From Patescibacteria group bacterium (GTDB taxonomy: Bacteria; Patescibacteriota; Patescibacteriia; Patescibacteriales; JBAZCA01), in NCBI GenBank assembly GCA_041671125.1, contig JBAZCA010000007.1, positions 1 to 48,351 on the forward strand: DNA of 48,351 nt. Direction: 5' to 3'. The position numbers and the translations under genes are program-made. The notes under the pieces are model-generated. The model was not told where the DNA came from. It was given only the letters and a program-made list of their open reading frames with translations, and ran no database searches. Each line of letters opens with the position of its first letter. The stretch's first letter is position 1. This document shows, in pieces, positions 45,292 through 48,351 of the stretch.

Positions 45292-47868
45292 CTACTTCGC
45301 AAAATACATCCCGTCATCATCGTCCTCATCTTCCGCGCGTTTCTCATTATTATCATCAGGCGCTGGAGCGGTGCCTGCGGTCTTCTTTTTTCGGGAAATT
45401 TTTTCTAAAGCGTCTTCCGGCTCTTCATCGTCTTCGTGCAAATCATCAACCTCTTTTATCTCTTCCTTGCTGTATCGGATTTTTTTCTTCGCCGATTTTT
45501 TCGCGCCCGGCCTGCCAGTATCGTTATCATCGTCTTCCGCGTCCTCATCATCCGCGTCCTCATCACCTTCATCTTCCTCATTCTCGTCTTCATTATCTAT
45601 GCTACCCGGTAAATATTCATCCGGCGCGACCGCCTCGTCGCGGTTATGCAGGGACACACCGGACACACCGGTTTCAATCATACCTTCGTATTGTTCCCGG
45701 GAAACCATTATTTCTCTCGGCTTTGAACCGTTACCCGGACCGACAATGCCGTTTTCTTCAAGTAAATCTATGAGTTTGGCCGCCCGCGAATAGCCGACCG
45801 AAAGCCGCCTTTGCAGAAGCGAAGTTGACGCCCGGCCCATGTTAATAACGATTTCCTTTGCTTCTTCAAAAAGATCATCCGAATCAGCGTCTCCGCCGGA
45901 CATCCCGGCTCCGCCGATGCCTTTGACTTTTTGCCGGTCGGTGATGCCTTCAATATAGTTAGTTTCCCCGCCGTTTTCTTTTATGTAGCGGACGATTTTT
46001 TTAATTTCATTATCCGAGACGAAAGCGCCCTGGATCCGTTTTGGCTTTGATAACTCAGCGGTAACGAAAAGCATGTCTCCGGAGCCTAAAAGTTTTTCCG
46101 CGCCGAGCGAATCTAAAATAGTCCGCGAATCAATACTGGACGCGACGGAAAAAGCGATTCGGGCCGGCATATTGGCTTTAATCAGGCCGGTAATAACGTC
46201 AACGCTCGGCCGCTGGGTGGCGAGGATTAAGTGAATCCCGACGGCCCGCGCCATCTGCGCGAGGCGGATAACCGCGGTTTCAACGTCCCTGGCCGCCACT
46301 ACCATTAAGTCAGCCAATTCATCAATAATAAAAACGATATAGGGCATTTTTTCGTATTTGTCTTTGGCCGATTCGTTGTAAGACTGGATGTTTCTTTTGC
46401 CATGCTTAGCCAGCTCGTCAAACCGCCGGTCCATTTCATTCAGGCACCATTTTAAAGCGTTAATGGTTTTATCAACGTTAGTTATAACCGGGGTTAAAAG
46501 ATGCGGGATGCCATTATAAATCGGGAGTTCCACCCGCTTCGGATCAACCATAATAAAGCGCAGGTCGTCAGGATTATTCTGGTATAGAAGGCTGACGATT
46601 ATAGAATTAAGGCAGACCGATTTTCCCGAATTGGTCGCGCCAGCGACTAGAAGGTGCGGCATCTTAGGGATATTGTAAGTCCAGGGCTTACCCGAAACAT
46701 CCTTGCCTAGACCGATATAGAGGTTAGCTTTTCTTTCTTTAAATTCTTTTGATTCTAGAACCTGCCGGAGACCGACAATGGCCTTAGTCTGGTTCGGCAC
46801 TTCCACCCCGACTAATGATTTTCCCGGAATCGGCGCTTCTATCCGAATCGGATGCGCCGCTAAAGCCAAGGCCAGATCATTTCCTAAAGTCGTAATTTTC
46901 GCGAGCTTAATCCCCTCGGCCGGCTTAAAAGTATACTGGGTGACGGTCGGCCCGACTGAAACTTCTCCCATGCCGACGGCAATGCCGAAATTCTTTAAGG
47001 TCCGCTCTATTACCTCGGCGTTATTTTTTATATCACCGCTCATCGGCTTAGTTATCTTATCCGAAAGTAAATCTAAAGGCAGGTCAATTTTAACATGGCT
47101 CGTTTTCCAGGGCTTTTCCTCTTCTTTGGCTTTTAATTTTTTCGCGTCCAGAGCCGGATTAATTTTTCTCGCGCTGAATTCGGTTAGCGCGGAAATTTCC
47201 TCTTCGGCTGTTTCGTCTTCGGGTTCGGTTTCTTCCGGCTCATTTTCCGCTTTCTCCCCGTTTTTGCGCCTCGTTATAAAAGCTAAAGCCCGGCTTATCC
47301 CGGACCAGGCTTTGGCAAAAATACTATCGCTTCCAATAATCGCGCTTAAAGTCGTATCAAAAACCAGCATGAGAGATATGATTATTAAGCTGATAACCAA
47401 AATTATCGCGGCCCATAACCCTAGAACGCGCGTAAGCCCGAGGCCCATAAAATACCCGAGATAGCCTCCGCCCCGACCCTCTTCCAGCGCGGCTTTCCAT
47501 TCATCCCGGCCGATAAAAAGCTGGAACATAGCTTCCATGGCAACGACAAATAAAAAAAGGCCGAGGTAATTTGAACCGCGGATATGGTATTTTTCCGAAG
47601 CGTAAAGAAGATAGCCGAGCCCGAGTAACGCGAGCGGCAGCATGAATTTTCCCCAGCCAAAAACATAAGTCAGCCCTTTAGCGTAATAGATCCCGAGACT
47701 GCCGGCCAAATCAAAAAGGCTTAGGACGCCGATTGCGCCGAGCGTGAGTATTATGACGATATAGATGCCTTTTTTCGTCGCCGGATCAAGGTCCATTGAC
47801 GGCATAGACGGCAGGCCCGGCGAATAAAGCCGGTTAATGAGTTTTCTTTTTCTTCCTCTTCTGGCCAT
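45292..47868 (-). CDS. ftsK: DNA translocase FtsK/SpoIIIE with an acidic C-terminal tail of about 100 aa
   Basis: 858 aa. N-terminal TM helices, Walker A GATNSGKSV, Walker B FIIDELADL and a gamma-domain-like winged helix (LLQRRLSVGYSRAAKLIDLLEENGIVG), followed by an Asp/Glu-rich tail. Confidence 0.95.
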   Translation of the reverse strand: MARRGRKRKLINRLYSPGLPSMPSMDLDPATKKGIYIVIILTLGAIGVLSLFDLAGSLGIYYAKGLTYVFGWGKFMLPLALLGLGYLLYASEKYHIRGSNYLGLFLFVVAMEAMFQLFIGRDEWKAALEEGRGGGYLGYFMGLGLTRVLGLWAAIILVISLIIISLMLVFDTTLSAIIGSDSIFAKAWSGISRALAFITRRKNGEKAENEPEETEPEDETAEEEISALTEFSARKINPALDAKKLKAKEEEKPWKTSHVKIDLPLDLLSDKITKPMSGDIKNNAEVIERTLKNFGIAVGMGEVSVGPTVTQYTFKPAEGIKLAKITTLGNDLALALAAHPIRIEAPIPGKSLVGVEVPNQTKAIVGLRQVLESKEFKERKANLYIGLGKDVSGKPWTYNIPKMPHLLVAGATNSGKSVCLNSIIVSLLYQNNPDDLRFIMVDPKRVELPIYNGIPHLLTPVITNVDKTINALKWCLNEMDRRFDELAKHGKRNIQSYNESAKDKYEKMPYIVFIIDELADLMVVAARDVETAVIRLAQMARAVGIHLILATQRPSVDVITGLIKANMPARIAFSVASSIDSRTILDSLGAEKLLGSGDMLFVTAELSKPKRIQGAFVSDNEIKKIVRYIKENGGETNYIEGITDRQKVKGIGGAGMSGGDADSDDLFEEAKEIVINMGRASTSLLQRRLSVGYSRAAKLIDLLEENGIVGPGNGSKPREIMVSREQYEGMIETGVSGVSLHNRDEAVAPDEYLPGSIDNEDENEEDEGDEDADDEDAEDDDNDTGRPGAKKSAKKKIRYSKEEIKEVDDLHEDDEEPEDALEKISRKKKTAGTAPAPDDNNEKRAEDEDDDDGMYFAK

Positions 47869-47872
47869 AAAT

Positions 47873-47914
47873 ATAATCTGTAGAGACGCATTGCCATGCG
47901 TCTCTACAGATTAT
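47873..47914. repeat. Family D hairpin, extended copy (ATAATCTGTAGAGACGCATTGCCATGCGTCTCTACAGATTAT)
   Basis: 42-nt near-perfect palindrome starting 5 nt upstream of the ftsK start codon. Confidence 0.85.
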
Positions 47915-47961
47915 ATCATTTTCCAGGGACGAAAAAAAGGGCGGTTAAATCATTATCATCT

Positions 47962-48351
47962 TTTCGCGTCCGAATAGGCAATAACGCGCACCGCGCGCGC
48001 GTCATCCGGACGGCAAAACCCGCGTAACCGCGTAGAGACGCATTGCAATACAATGTAGAGACGCGATTAATCGCGTCTCTACGGATGTAATATTTACCGT
48101 TTCGTCCGGACGCAATCGTCTGCACCGCGCGCGCGTCATCCGGACGGCGAAACCCGTAAACCGCGTAGAAACGAGGCAATGTCTCGTCTCCATAAAATGC
48201 ATTTTCACGCATCATCCCGCGGCACAACCCGATTAACCGCGTAGAGACGCCCCGTCGGGGCGTCTCTACAAAATGCGTCTTTACCTCTTCGCCCCGGAAT
48301 ACGCAATCGCTCTCACAATGTCCCAAGCGGTTGTGGAGACCGGCGCGTAGC
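47962..48351. repeat. Degenerate tandem array (period about 134 nt) built from GC-rich units and family D hairpins; continues past the window edge
   Basis: The identical 27-mer GCACCGCGCGCGCGTCATCCGGACGGC occurs at 47988 and 48122. AACCGCGTAGA(G/A)ACG occurs at about 48026, 48159 and 48235. Hairpins lie at 48055-48081 and 48241-48269, with a decayed one at 48165-48192. Track ORFs 47916..48326 and 48002..48208 are translations of these repeats. Confidence 0.75.

Noticed and set aside
47916-48326. Track ORFs 47916..48326 (136 aa) and 48002..48208 (68 aa) on the minus strand
   Set aside because: They are translations of the tandem and hairpin repeats, with recurring peptide blocks such as FRRPDDARAVQ / FAVRMTRARCA and VETR.../RRGVST. 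The composition is Arg/Cys-rich and not protein-like.
47962-48351. Possible CRISPR array suggested by recurring GTAGAGACGC-containing repeats
   Set aside because: The repeat spacing is irregular (about 134 and about 74 nt). The sequences between the repeats are themselves repeated. The repeat is a palindromic hairpin that also occurs singly at 8461-8488 and 47873-47914. No cas genes are in the window.

Overview
This 48.35-kb chromosomal segment has every well-supported protein gene (about 39) on the minus strand. The content is mostly housekeeping. In window order it holds: a truncated GtrA-GT4 glycosyltransferase fusion, ackA and pduL, a PfkB sugar kinase, a GldA/F/G-like ABC cluster with a DUF4340-like gene, and an AI-2E transporter. 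Next come groES-groEL behind a sigma70-like promoter and a CIRCE-like operator, an NTF2-like protein, and a complete F-type ATP synthase operon (atpZ-B-E-F-H-A-G-D-C). These are followed by tatD, tsaC, cvpA, metG, rsmI, three uncharacterised membrane proteins, ftsH, rpsA, a thioredoxin-fold lipoprotein, gyrA, an MBL-fold hydrolase and ftsK. I saw no rRNA, tRNA, CRISPR array, cas gene, transposase, integrase or phage gene. The gene content, the charged low-complexity extensions on core proteins, and the spacers packed with palindromic repeats suggest a streamlined Patescibacteria/CPR-like genome; this is inference, not verified. The main candidate for something undescribed is an uninterrupted 2155-aa ORF (38610-45077) with no domain I can recognise. 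A 64-aa coiled-coil ORF overlaps its start codon, and the pair sits directly downstream of ftsK. Three secondary points stand out. At least six families of long palindromic intergenic elements occur, some supplying stop or apparent start codons of core genes. A strongly signalled 19-aa hydrophobic ORF lies antisense inside the ATP synthase operon. A degenerate hairpin-repeat array occupies the right edge of the window. All calls come from reading the sequence and the ORF track; no database search was possible.
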